In this document: positions 31,831-49,150 of the stretch, piece by piece
Layout of the letters: each line of letters starts with the position of its first letter
Numbering within the stretch: position 1 is the first letter of the stretch
Origin: the human T2T-CHM13v2.0 reference genome, Homo sapiens
DNA: 64,000 nucleotides
Assembly (NCBI RefSeq): GCF_009914755.1
Contig: NC_060942.1
Reading direction: 5' to 3' (one strand)
The notes under the pieces: generated by a model
The model's input: the letters and a program-made list of their open reading frames with translations, nothing else
Told to the model about the DNA's origin: nothing
Databases searched by the model: none
Position numbers and translations under genes: made by a program

Positions 31831-32999
31831 ATTTACTAAGAATTATGCTCACAAATCATTTCTAATCCAGCTGTTCAGAACCCAGAAAAACAACAACAAA
31901 AATCTCCCTCACAGAAACATTATTATAAGTGAGGGCTGATTTCTCAAGTAAACTCAAAAAGGCCCAGTGTCCTGAATGTAGCAAATAATTAGGCAAAAGA
32001 ACAGCTGACGTCACCAGAGCATAGCATGTAGCATGTTGTCACCGGAGCATAGCATCTCCCCTGCCACTGTGTGTAACAGTGTGTCCATGTCTGCAGCCTG
32101 GGTGGGTATGAGCTCCCCTCTCCCAGGGGAAAGACATCTCCCCTGCATCTCTCTTGACCACTGAGCACAACCACTGTGCTTCTTGTTATTCCCATCACCA
32201 CCTACTGCTTCCCATCGGGGTTTCTCTCCTCCAACACACCATGCCACAAACCAGTTTTGCTCCCTTTCTCTCCCTGAGTTGTGCACAAGTTCCTTTTAAG
32301 ATATTTTCGTGAGAATAAAACATGGAAACTGACAGGTTTCTCCTTATTGCATCTGAATGTCACAGCCACCTGTGATGTAGAAAGAAAGGGTCTGCGTTAA
32401 CGACTCCGTGTTAGACAAAAGAACGTGAGCCTTGGAGTAAGTTGCCCAGAGTCAAAGAGCAAGAAAAGGGTCCCTGTTACTGAAACCCATGCCTGGGGAC
32501 CCTACATAATAGCAGGTTTGAGTTCTATCATTTATGCCTTCCTCCCTGGCTTTCCCCACGCTCTCCCTGGCTCTGTCTTCAGCTGGTCTGCATAAAGAAT
32601 AACACAGATCATGAGGTAAACAATGGTGAGCCTTTGAGCATCTAAAGAAAACCAGACACAGGTTATCCTGGCTTGTTCCTCTTTGGTGTTGGGGCCAAGG
32701 TTCTGAGAAGAAGGAAAGGGGGAGATGAATATGTTGAGCAGATGGAAAAATCCTCAAAGTGTAGGAGAGAGAAAACAAGGGAGAAAGAAAAAAGGTGGAA
32801 AAGGCAACAAGGGGATGAGGGTCATTCTTCTACCACTCAAGAATAGAAAAGAAAGTATGAAGGAAAAAGAGGAAGAAGGTGAGCAGTAGGTGAGCAAAAG
32901 AAACAGAAATGCCAAGCAGTGGAAACAGGACGAGGTGGCTCACAGAAAAAACTTGGAAGTCATCCAAACCTTCTGTACCTTTTAGGCTTTTTAAATGTT

Positions 33000-34742
<1,743 letters not shown>

Positions 34743-34789
34743 CTATATGAAGCTTCTAAAACTTCCAAAATCAAAGATTTCAATGACCA

Positions 34790-34889
34790 ACCACCATGGC
34801 ACACATATACCTATATAACAAATCTGCATGTTCTGCACATGTACCCCATTTTTTTTTGTTTTTGTTTTTTAGAAAAAATAAAGGAAAAA
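34790..34889 (+). mobile_element. Very short L1PA 3' terminus with 17-bp TSD
   Basis: ACCACCATGGCACACATATACCTAT...GCACATGTACCCCA; TSD AAAGATT(T/C)CAATGACCA at 34773-34789 / 34890-34906. Confidence 0.8.
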
Positions 34890-34906
34890 AAAGATTCCAA
34901 TGACCA

Positions 34907-35880
34907 CCTGGCTACCAAATACAATGGACATGCTTCAGTTCTTACCTGTCCTCTGGGCAGCTTGTCTCCCTTGATCTCCCCTGTTCTAGAGTTCCTCCTG
35001 CCTCTCTGGTCGCCTTTTCTCAGTCATCTCCACTGGCTCCCTTTCTTTCACTTGTCTTTTAAGCATCAGTATTCAATCTTTTGATTTCAAACTTGTTCAA
35101 GCGTCTTCTCCTAGGTAACATTATTCGTTCCTTTGACCTCAATTACCATGTTGACGTAGGTGACTCCCAATGCTAATGATTCTCAAATTTTTATCAGACA
35201 CCTAAGGACAATCTTACTTGAACATAATAGCATGTCCAAAAGGCAACTCATCTTTCCACATTCCCTCAATTCCCTACCTTAATCACCTCTATACAGTGTG
35301 ACTTGTGCCATAAAACTGGGTGTCACCTATGGCTCCACCTTCATTCCCCACATTCCCTGGAGTACCAGCTCCTATTCATGCCGTTTGTTTCTGAAGCATC
35401 TCTGCTCTGCATCCCCCTTTCCTTCTCCACAGTCACTAACTTGGTTCAGTCCCTGATTATCTCTCTTGAGTTCCTGCACCTGGTCGTCCTGTTTGCAGGC
35501 CTGTGCTCCTCTCTAATCCTTCTCATAAGGAGCAAATCTCATTAAATCTGATTAAAATCTTTCAGTGACTCTAACTGCCCAAGATAAGTTTCGAACTCTA
35601 TAAGCATACTTTACAAAGTCCTTCAAAAGGACCCCGCTTCTATCTTTTAGACTGGACTTTCTCTTTATTCTTTCCCTTCCATTCCGGTCTTAACGATTTG
35701 CTAAAATTTACCCTCTTCTGTTGCTTCTGGGTATGTTGCACCTTCTGTAAGAATTTATTTAGTCACCTGACGCCGGTATAAGTCAGATGACTACATAGAT
35801 TTTAGTCATCTAATTTTATGAAGACAGACTGGTCTAGCAGTTTCTTATAAGGTAAACAATCTATAAATATTTATCAAATG
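34907..35880 (+). mobile_element. L2 fragment
   Basis: Pyrimidine-rich L2 body (TGACTCCCAA, CATGTCCAAAA...AACTCATCTTTCC). Confidence 0.55.
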
Positions 35881-36172
35881 ACTCAAAAAAAAGTCACAGA
35901 AAGTAACAGACATCAAATCCTCAATGGACCATTATAAAAATGTATAGGGGTTACACCCTTAAGACTCTGAAGTTAAAATGAAAGGAAAATTATGTCTGCC
36001 TATATAACTCATGCAAAATTAATCAGAGTACAAGCCAGGCACTGCATTCTATATTGGGAATATGGTACGGAATAAGACAAACACAGTCACATGCAGATTA
36101 TAGTCTTGGTACCATCGTGAGATACAAAAACTTATCAGGATAGATCTTGAGTCACATCAAGCATGACAAGCC

Positions 36173-36174
<2 letters not shown>

Positions 36175-36210
<36 letters not shown>
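36175..36210. repeat. (CA)n microsatellite
   Basis: ~18 AC units. Confidence 0.95.
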
Positions 36211-36211
<1 letters not shown>

Positions 36212-37729
36212 ATGCTAATTAAAACCTTATGTATTTTGTTCAAAAATTCCCCAAAAGTTATCACAATGAAATCCAGCTTCAGTTTACATAAACTTCATTC
36301 TATTTATAACTTATGTCTTAGCTGCTTCCAAAATTAATTTGTAGCTATATCTCTGGACTATATATAAAATAAACTGAAAATTTTAGGAATATATGTTGAA
36401 TAATGTGGACTGAATAACAATTCTAAATTTCTATTTTTAGAGGAATTAAAATATTTCTTATAATTCTCAGAAAGCTGATAAACAGTCATATATTTGAATG
36501 CCAGAAGTAGTAAGTTTAGCCAACCTTTTTATAAAGAATGTAAATGATAAATGTCAAAAATTGTACATGGAGCTTAGATTATGATGTTGCATAATTATTT
36601 TCTCAGTTATGCACAATATTTAAACATGCTCAAACTATTTATAAACCACCCTGAGTATCAGTAAGACCTTTGCTTTAATATGGAAAACCTAACAGGCTCT
36701 TTTACTTCCCCCCCATTATGCAGGGCTCACAACTGGGGGCAAAGAAATTATACGGGTCACTTTCACTGTCAATACAATCTCCTAAATTTAACCTTTAAAG
36801 GGTTTTTAAAGAGGGGAGACTAGAGTCCAGCAACTATATTCAGGCTGATACAAGTTCCTTTAAAACTCCAGTCTGGCAAAAGTAGCACTGGGACAGAGGC
36901 TGAAATAGCTCCCTGGTAGTTATGCTCAGATTAAATATCCACTAAACAGAAATTGAGTTACCTTGCCAAAGACATCAGCTTAGGGACTAAAAAATTTGAT
37001 TTGGAGAGGAGATTAACTTCGGTGTGTCCTCAAAATGGAAAGCAAGTTTGTATTTAGACACCCCCCACCCCACCCCGTTTTCCTGCCTACACACTATTCC
37101 ACCAACACACATTTCAAGCATTTTTCTCTCTCGAAAAAGATTCCTGCTAAGCAATGCCTTAATTCAGTCTTTGAACCTAATTAAAATTAAGAAACTTTTA
37201 ATAGCCTTAATAACTCAGAAAAGCTGTACTAAGCTCTTCTCTGGCATCTTCCTCTCCTTACCACCCTCTCTCCAAACCCAGAAAAATCCAGCACAACAGA
37301 AAGCACAAAACAACTAGCCACATGCTCTGAATGCTAGGAAACGTGATTCCCCGCTGGTTTAGGCTACAAAGAAAGCCTGTGAGTAATCAAAAATCCTTAA
37401 TCAAAACATTAAAGTTAAAAGCCACCTCCCCATTCCCCAACACAAATAGAATTTCCCTTTCTCTCCTTAATCCGCTCATGCACTTCTCGTATTCTTGGAA
37501 TTTCAGCGGCCTCTGAAGAGCGGATGGTAAGTTCATCTCAATGTCAGCCGGAGCACAGCCATGCGAAAAATCACTAACTTGGAAGGTTATTTAGGACAAT
37601 AATGTCTTTCACTGTCTTACTCCTCCCACTCCAGCCCTTCTTGACCTAATACCAATATTCAACTGAGAAACACATCAGTCCACGGGCTTTTTCCCCAGGG
37701 GCTCTTCCTGCAGGAACCCCACGGCAGGG

Positions 37730-38560
37730 AGACCCGCACTGGGAAGAGAGCAGGGTCTCCCGGCTGGTGCGCCCCTCCCCACGCGCCCGCGGCTGCACCC
37801 CACTCTGCACACACACGTCCAACTATTCTTGGATCTACTCACATCCCTGGATCAAGTCTGGCCGCCCTCCCCGCTCCGTCCCCCGGCGTCCTCCGTGGCC
37901 CCAGGCTGCCCCGCAAAGCCACCGAGCTGCAAATACACCCACCTACCTGGGCCAGATCCGAGGACCCCGGCTGGCGCGCTCCACCCTGCGCTCCTCGCAA
38001 GCTCCAGCGCGAATGCGCTCGGCCTGCTCCTCCTCCTCCCCTCCAGTCGAGCCGAGGCGAGCCGATCCGGGAGGCGCGACCCAGGGCGGCCCGCAAGGTC
38101 TCCCTAAGTCACCTTTGCGCAGCCTGCCCCTGGCTCCGGCCGGGCAGCAGCGCCAGCCTTCCCCAGCGAGGTCGGGCAGAGGCGTTGCCCGCCAGCGGCC
38201 CAGGACTCCCGCGCCGCGCCCGCCCGGGCCGCAGAGGTCTGCGCTGCCCCTCCGCCGCCGCTGGCTCGGCCGCAGACCCGCCCTCCGGGGCTCGCGGGGA
38301 GAGCGCGGGCGGGCGGCGGCAAGGCCTGCGGCGGGCGGCTCCCTGCGCGCGGCGGGCAGCGTCCGGGCCGCTCCTCCCCTTCCCCAGCGCCGCTGGCGGG
38401 CGGAGGCGCAGGTAGGGACCGCCGGGGAAGCCTGCACGGCCCTCCGAGGAGAGGTCGGGGACTGCTCCTTGGGCTCTACGTGAGTGCCGCGCCGAGGCGC
38501 CTGCGAGGTCCTAGAGCTGCTGTGCGCTCGGCCCTCTCCTGGAGACACCGGCCCTGGCAA
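37730..38560. promoter_or_regulatory. OSBPL1A: CpG island / internal promoter, presumed ORP1S promoter
   Basis: Very GC- and CpG-rich, repeat-free, with multiple GC boxes (GGGCGG/CCGCCC). Lies in the intron upstream of the FFAT exon. OSBPL1A is known to have a short isoform from an internal promoter. Confidence 0.85.
37947..38300 (-). other. OSBPL1A: Putative alternative first exon of short isoform ORP1S (5' end uncertain, ~38100-38550)
   Basis: Strong donor CCAG|GTAGGT at 37947/37946 at the edge of the CpG island. No minus-strand ATG seen in the island. TSS cannot be read from sequence. Confidence 0.7.
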
Positions 38561-39224
38561 CTTTTTTTTTTTCTTTTTTCTTTTTTTTTTTTTTTAACCA
38601 ACCCGCCCCTTGGGAAACTCTGGAAAGCAAAGGAATCTTCTCTCCAGTCCTGCCTGTCACTTACTCCGGCTCACGCTGAAGCGTTCGCGTTTACGGTTCC
38701 AAAACCAAGACTGAAAGGCAGTCTTCACATATTTATTGTTTATACCCTAGTTGGGACACTGAGCAACAAGGAAAACAACGGTATTAATCCTACTACCGTG
38801 AAACCTACTTAGGTAAAATTATTCCAGCCAGGCTTGAAGGGCAAAGGTTCAGAGGACAGGAAAACCCACCACCCAAATACCACACTTAAGTGGGATGTTC
38901 AGGTTAATGAAATTTATGGTTAACTGTAACACTCTGATGGAGGGAAAGAAATCTTTTTGTTTCAACATGTTTCAAACCTTTCACCTTACTAAAGTGTTTA
39001 ACTCTGTCCTCATACTTTAGTGAGTTCAGAGTAAAAATGAACAAAATTAAATATTTCTTTCACAAGATCCTAGGTACTTTAAGTCCCATTGAAGTTGGTG
39101 GTAGCTGTAATTGCACTACAGACCTAGAATGTGTTAAAGACCATTCCAGGCCATGCTGGGAAAATTGGGAATGAATGTCAGTGAGGTTTCATGGCATCTT
39201 TGTTTTCATTGTTATTTTATTGTA

Positions 39225-39584
<360 letters not shown>

Positions 39585-40275
39585 TAATAACTGTTACTGT
39601 ACTTGGAAAAATCATGTATGGAAAGAGGAGTCCCTGCTACAGAATCTCTCCCTAGGCCCTGAAAATTAGAGAATGAATTCAGTTTATAAAAGTAGTGCTA
39701 GGTAGCAAAACAATGAACAACAAATTACCTTCTTGTTTTAAAAGGCAATCTACATGGCTCCTAAATGTGCCAGGTACTGTACTGAAGCACCTCACATAAA
39801 ATAGCACATATATGCGCTCAATTTCAGATGTGGAAACAGAATTCCTAAACATATATTCATTTGTTCAAGGTCGAGGTAGCAGAGTTTAGATCCAGATTGG
39901 TCTGATCCCAAAGCCTGAATTTTTTCCTTTGTACATTCATTATTCATTCATTCAAATATTTATTCACCATCTACCACATGCCAAGTACCATGCTACAAAA
40001 ATAACTAAGATACAGTTGCTTCCTTAGGAAGCTCCAGTTTGTGAATATATAATGATACAATATGATAAATGCTATGACAGCCAGGAACTCATGGAGCAGC
40101 AGGGACACCTCACCTAGTTTTGAAGGGTGGAGCCTGTATGAGGAAATGGTTACAGTCATCCAACAGAGCAGCCTTGAGAATTTATCTCACAGAACAGCAA
40201 TGGGGAACTGTATGCTGGAGTCAGGGAAGACAGAATAAAGGGAGATAGGCAACCAAGATATTAAAAAACCAAATT

Positions 40276-40591
<316 letters not shown>

Positions 40592-40950
40592 TTAAAGATA
40601 GGGAGGAAGAAGGAGGATGAACCAAAGCCAGTTCCCATGATCCTGGCCTGAATTACTGAATGGGTGGCAAGTCTATGAGTTGAATGGATAACTCAGTTTG
40701 AGACACGTTGGTTTTGAAATGCTTCTGATATAAGCATATGTAAATGTTCAAAAGGCAGCTGGATATATTAGATCAGAACTCAGGAGAAGTCTGAGGTGGA
40801 GACATCTGAGTCCTCAGGGAATTCTAGTTAAAAGAATGGGTGACATCATCCAGGGAGAATATGAGGAGTGAGAAGGTCACTCGCAGAAACCTAGGTAATA
40901 CTAATATTTAATACATAGGCAGATGAAAAAATGCTTTAGAAGGTGGCTGA

Positions 40951-41362
<412 letters not shown>

Positions 41363-42053
41363 TCAGAGGACAAGCAAGACAATTTTTAAATGTCCTTTGA
41401 TTTAGCAATAAGGAAATACTGGCAAGAACAGTTTCGGTGGACTTGCTGAAAATTAAGAAGTAGAAACAGAAAGTATCACATTTTCAAAAATGGAATTGGA
41501 AAAGGATGCAGGGAGATAGACAAAAGCTATAAATAAGGGGGTAGAGAATTCCAAAGACAGGAGCTATTTTTTGAAGCAAGGTCCCCAGAGAAGCAGAATG
41601 GAAGGAGACAGATGCCTCCAGCAAAAGGCTAGAGGAAAGTATAAGAGCAGATGCAGATAAAAACTGGAGTGAAGAGTGGTAGGGAGTGGAGCCATATACA
41701 GTGACTACCTCATGTTTAACAAAGGAATTCTGCTCAGAGTGGAAGGAGATCTGAGGGGACTACAGAGACAGAAGGCCAGAGACGGGTGCAGGCCCAAAAG
41801 AGCTGTGAAGAACATTAGGGAACAAAAGATATCAGGGTCACAAAATGACTACAGGACTGCCCGACAGCAAAGGAAATGAAATGAATGGAAGAGATCATGA
41901 CTTTGTAGAGCTGTAAGTCCACATGAACACATGATCTCTCTTCAAAGATACCAGTGTCCAGTCCAAAGAAGCAGTACAGAATTCCAACCCTTCAGACGGT
42001 TCCAATGTAGGGTCTGAATCTTTCCATTATACCACAAAATTAGTCCCACTCTC

Positions 42054-42418
<365 letters not shown>

Positions 42419-42759
42419 TAAAACACTTGATAAGTGAGCTTCTACTGACTTTAAATGGGCAGTTCTTACCTTGGAAAAATTGGTATGACTAACATCAAGG
42501 AAGCTCGATAGTACACAAAATGAGGAGGGCATCCTCTGGCAAGGAAAACTACAGAAACAAATATAATTCCAGAAACCAGTTTCTGGCATTTTGAATGGAA
42601 CTCTCAGACCAGGCTAAGAAAAGACCCAGCACTCACATTCTGTTATACTGTTTCCAAGAAAACTACCCTAAAAACAGCATCTAGGTTTTTCTTCAGTAGA
42701 TCAACCACCAACTTTACAAAGTATTTTATATATTGCCATTTTCTCAACAGCATAAGCAG

Positions 42760-43071
42760 TTTTTTTGTTTGTTTTTTGTTTTTTTGAGACAGAGCTCTTG
42801 TTTCCCAAGCTGGAGTGCCAATGGCCTGATCTCGGCTCACTGCAACCTCCGCCTCCTGGGTTCAATGGATTATCCTGCCTCACTCAGCCTCTCGAGTAGC
42901 TGGGATTACAGGCATGTGCCACCACACCTGGCTAATTTTTTGTATTTTTAGTAGAAATGGGGTTTCACCATGTTAGCCAGGCTGGTCTCGAACTCCTGAC
43001 CTCAGGTGATCCACCCCCCACCCACCCTCAGCCTCCCAAAGTGCTGGGATTACAGGCATGAGCCATAGGCC
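42760..43071 (-). mobile_element. Alu (S-like)
   Basis: Reverse Alu. Confidence 0.92.
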
Positions 43072-45457
43072 ATAGCAGTTTTATTTACAAATAAAATCTT
43101 CCTACAATAATGCCTCATTTATTTATAGCTCCTATGAAAACCTCGATTATGTAGATCATATCAGTACATCCTCAAATAAGCAAAAAACACCCACATACCA
43201 CAGAAATAGAAGGCATGAAAGCCTGCACACACTGTAAACCCCCAAGATTCTCATAGAGAGCCAGTTTACTCTGACTGGACATAATTTTATGGAGTTTGGT
43301 TATCTAGTTTTCTTTTTAATAAACAGGAGATTAGAAAGAGTAAATCAGAGGCATCAGTATTCCACTGCTAGAGGCAGGTACACAGTTAATTTGAAAAATC
43401 AAGAGAGGTAATTTTTAAAAACCTATAAAGAGCAAACAAGAGTCCAGAAAGCATTGGCAGGACCAGGCCATTTGGTAGAAAAACACAGACTCACATAAAC
43501 ATTATCCCCTGAGGGCATCTCTGTATTAAGGCACAGAATAATTATTGACATACAAAAGGCCAATCTTGAGACACCTAGAAAACATAAAATTATGGTCTGA
43601 CAAGGGCTTGTAAAAAAAAAAGAAAAGAAATAAACATAAAATTAAGTTTTAAAGTTTTAGGTTAAGAAGTAAATGTGGAACATTTAGAATAACTGCCATC
43701 AAAAAAGACTAGAATAAAAACAGCGTTGCTGCTGTGGGGGCTGGGGTCACTTACATCTACTGGATCCCTGTTTCGTGCCAGTCCCTACAGAGGTGTTTTA
43801 CCAATATGATCGCATTTACTCTTTAAAACAATCCCTTTTGGGTGGTCACCATTTTAAATAGGAGATTGTATTTTAAAACTGAGTCAAAGAGAGCAAATAG
43901 CAGAGCTAGGAATTAGAGCCAGGTCTGTAGGTCTTCAAAGCTTTATGCCTGCTCTTTTAATAAAATTTCCAGATAATAGACATGTAATTTATAATGCCAG
44001 ATAAAAAAGGTATTACAGCACATAATTACACCACTCTGACCTCGATTACGCTGTTAAATTCCTATGTTGTAATCCTTATGCATTTGAAAGACTAACTTTA
44101 GAAATGCCACTTACCTTTCAAATATTTTGCAGTGCCTTCTCACTGTTTATCTTATTGTTGAGAAGGAAATCTATGGATTCTAAGTGTTTCATGGAGTTGA
44201 TAATTTCATATAATTACTCAGAAGATACCTTCAATACATTCCAAAAGTTTGAAACATTAAATGCTAGTTACTAAACAGAATACTGTGTTCCACGCAGTAT
44301 GCTAACATACTCTATATATGTAACATTCATCTACATATAGTTGATGCCCACACCCAACTCTGAGGTGTTTATTTTCATTTTACAGAAACTTGTCCCACAG
44401 TTGGAGAAAAGTTAGAGAAAGACTGAGATTAAAAACGGGTCCACCAGACTTTCAGACCAGTGCTTCTAAAAGCTTGCTATATGGTTTCCCTTATTCAAAA
44501 GATGAAGACAACAAGGTTCAGAGAAGTGAAGTAGCCTTGTCATTTAAACAACAAGAATGGAAACACAACACGATCATTCCAATGATAGTGGTCAAATAAA
44601 AGTTCTTTAGACAATGCTACTTCCTCCCAAAACAAAATAAATCCACTGTTACACACATAAAAGCTCCAAGATACTATCAGAAAAGAGAGGCTACAAATGT
44701 TAATTAGTTAAGATCTTACAATAACTGTTAACTTTTATTCAGGGCTTACTATGTGTCTGGTACTATGCTAAGTATTTTGCTTACATTATCTTATTTAATC
44801 CTCATGATAAATTTAAGAGGCTAAAAGAGGTCAATTAGCCTAAACTTTAGGCTAACACTCTTGCACATCTAAATAACCTAAAGAATTAGGTTATTTTTTA
44901 AGCAGATAGTTTAAAAATTAGAATAGGTTGATTGCTTCAGAAATTAAACATGAACCAACATAACACGTTACTTCCAATCTAATGTTCAGCCTTAAAACCA
45001 TATATCTCTGGAACAAGAAAGCTATCGATACATCCATCAGGTACCACATAAGAGACATGAGTGAAATGCGGTTTTACAAGGTACTAAATATTTCATGAAT
45101 CCTATGACATCATATTTTATTAATTTCAAAGATATTCTGAATGCAATCATCCTGTTCAGATTTATTTAGAACACTAAATCATCTGTTATTTAAATAAACT
45201 TACACATGAAATTTGCAAACCACCAAAAATAGAAGTGCTGAGGAGGGATATTTTCAAACAGTATTAAAAAATCAACCATTTGAAATGTTTAATGAACAAT
45301 TATGTTTTCCTGTGATAGTTAATATAATTCTATTAAAAGACTTTTGGTAAGTTTGTTTTAAATGATTTTTATTTCCATATTTGTCTTATTCTCCAAATAA
45401 ATTAATATGTAGAATTGGTGCTACATATAGCAAACACAGCATTTAAAAATGTGTATA

Positions 45458-45791
<334 letters not shown>

Positions 45792-46159
45792 CTAGTCATG
45801 AGAAAATAAATTGTTAGATTTTTACGTATTAGAGGAAAATATATAAAAGCAATTTCATCTATCTTCTTTTACCAAAACCTAATCTCTAACCAAAAGGTAC
45901 AAGTAAACTAAAACAAGAATAAGAAATTTGGTATCTTAATCTAAAATATTGAAGATTAGACATATATATATAAATTAACAAAATGGAAAAGAAAGCCTAG
46001 TGACCTTGACTTACATTGAAATCATAAAAATTAGGGGAAAAACAGCAAAACAAGAAAAATCCTAATTCTGGCAACCAAAACACATCTTTGTAACTTTTCA
46101 ATCCTTTGAAAATGAATCACTGATAGCTCAGCATACCACTCTTACTCATATTTGGTTTG

Positions 46160-46706
<547 letters not shown>

Positions 46707-47166
46707 CTTACTCATATTTAGAAAAGCAAATGGCAAACTGTTGAAGGGTAAGAGAGTGAGGGGAAAGAACACAAAAAATATTTAATCCATTGGGCTTAGT
46801 TTACATAGATAAGTATGATAGTACTCTATTTTCTAAATAAAAGTATTTTTAATGTAAAGACCTTCTGTTTCTAGAATATTTTCACATCTCTCTTATTGAA
46901 GTGTCATAACAATCCTGAGTAGATCAATTTTAAGTATACTTATTAAATATGGCTACATCAACAAATTCAAAAGATATGAACACAAGTTATTTCATCCTGC
47001 TTAATCAATAATAAATAAGTTCTAAATTTTTGTGACAAATGAAGCTTTCCTTTGTTAATACTAATTTTTTCCTACCTTTGAACAATTTGAAAGCAATGAC
47101 TTCATGGACAACCACGCATGCAACATCCAAACAATTATTTTACAAATTCAATTCTGAACTACCTAC

Positions 47167-47273
47167 CCCTTCTTGTTTGGTGAAGAGATTAAGGCAATCA
47201 GTCAAAGCTACACAAGTTTCTCTAGAAGCTTCTGAGACAACTTCAACTTTCTGAAGAAATGATGGAAGCATTT
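47167..47273 (-). CDS. OSBPL1A: OSBPL1A internal coding exon (107 nt), immediately upstream of the FFAT exon; ORP1L-specific
   Basis: Translates (E)MLPSFLQKVEVVSEASRETCVALTDCLNLFTKQEG. Acceptor ttctttatag|AA and donor GGG|gtaggt. The phase-0 end joins exon 5708 in frame (QEG-VRN). Missed by the ORF track. Confidence 0.95.
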
Positions 47274-47327
47274 CTATAAAGAAAAAAATAAATACAGTGA
47301 GTCGGATTTTAAGGAATCTTAAGGTAA

Positions 47328-48103
<776 letters not shown>

Positions 48104-48125
48104 TAGAAAGGTCTATACCCTACAA

Positions 48126-48483
48126 CAGGAGTCCCCAGACCCGGGCTGCAGACTGGTACTGGTCTGTGGTCCTGTTAGGAACCTGGCCACACAGCAAGAG
48201 GTGAGTGGAGGGTGAGTGAGCATTACCACCTGAGCTCTGCCTTGTGTCAGATCAGTGGCAGCATTAGATTCTCACGAGAGCACGAACCCTATTGCGAACT
48301 GTGTATATGAGGGATTTAGGTTGCGGGCTCCTTATGAGAATCTAATGCCTGATGATCTGAGGTAGAACAGTTTGAGCCTGAAACCATCTCCCCACCCCCC
48401 ACTCCCAACCCTACCCCCGAGTCCATGGAAAAACTGTCTTCCACAAAACCAGTCCCTGGTGCCAAAAAAGTTGGGGAGCACTG
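48126..48483 (+). mobile_element. MER1B hAT-Charlie DNA transposon (MITE)
   Basis: CAGGAGTCCCC...GGGGAGCACTG terminal repeats and a perfect 8-bp TSD CCCTACAA. Confidence 0.9.
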
Positions 48484-49150
48484 CCCTACAAGAATCACCA
48501 AGACAAAAAAAAAAGTTTACAGGAATTAAACAACAGGGTAATGTTTAAGAAAAACAGCTGACAAGAAGGACTGATAGCACTCCTTATAAAACATTAAAAT
48601 TTCCTTTGTAGATAAGTAATTTTATTCAAAAGCAAGTAATAAAAAAAATTATTCTGTAGTTATCATGGTGGCTAACATATCTGAAAACAGCATTAACTCT
48701 ACTTCCTATTTGGACCACTGTTTGGCATAAGTAGGTCTTTTCACTCTCAAAAATGTGTTCCTATGAAGGTCCAGTACCATTGAGTATATGTTTAAGTTGG
48801 CAATAAAGAAATGGTAGTATCAGTATCTGCCCTGGTCCTCTAAAGAAAATCTTAACCCATTTACTCATTAAAAATAAAAAACAAAAACAAAAACAAAATA
48901 TTGACAAGAGGAAGGTGCAAAGTGCATATATATCACTTAAAAACAAGTAAAATATTATGTCCAGATTAATGCAAAAGAAATGCACTTAGTTGAAATGGTT
49001 TCTGATATTTTGTTAATTAGACGTTAAGATCCTTTAAATCTGTCCCTTCCATCAAATAAAAATCTTAACATTTAAGAAGTCTTTTCATCAAAAAATAACT
49101 AAAAGGTCGGGACAGAACAAGATTTGTTAAAAGACACAAGATTACAGCTA

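Noticed and set aside
37767-38560. Long ORFs (238 aa plus, 205 aa minus) across the CpG island
   Set aside because: Non-ATG starts and Arg/Pro/Gly/Ala low complexity expected from high GC. The 205-aa frame hits TGA immediately if spliced to exon 5708.
44108-44120. Consensus minus-strand donor AAG|GTAAGT
   Set aside because: No convincing paired acceptor; expected by chance in a long intron.
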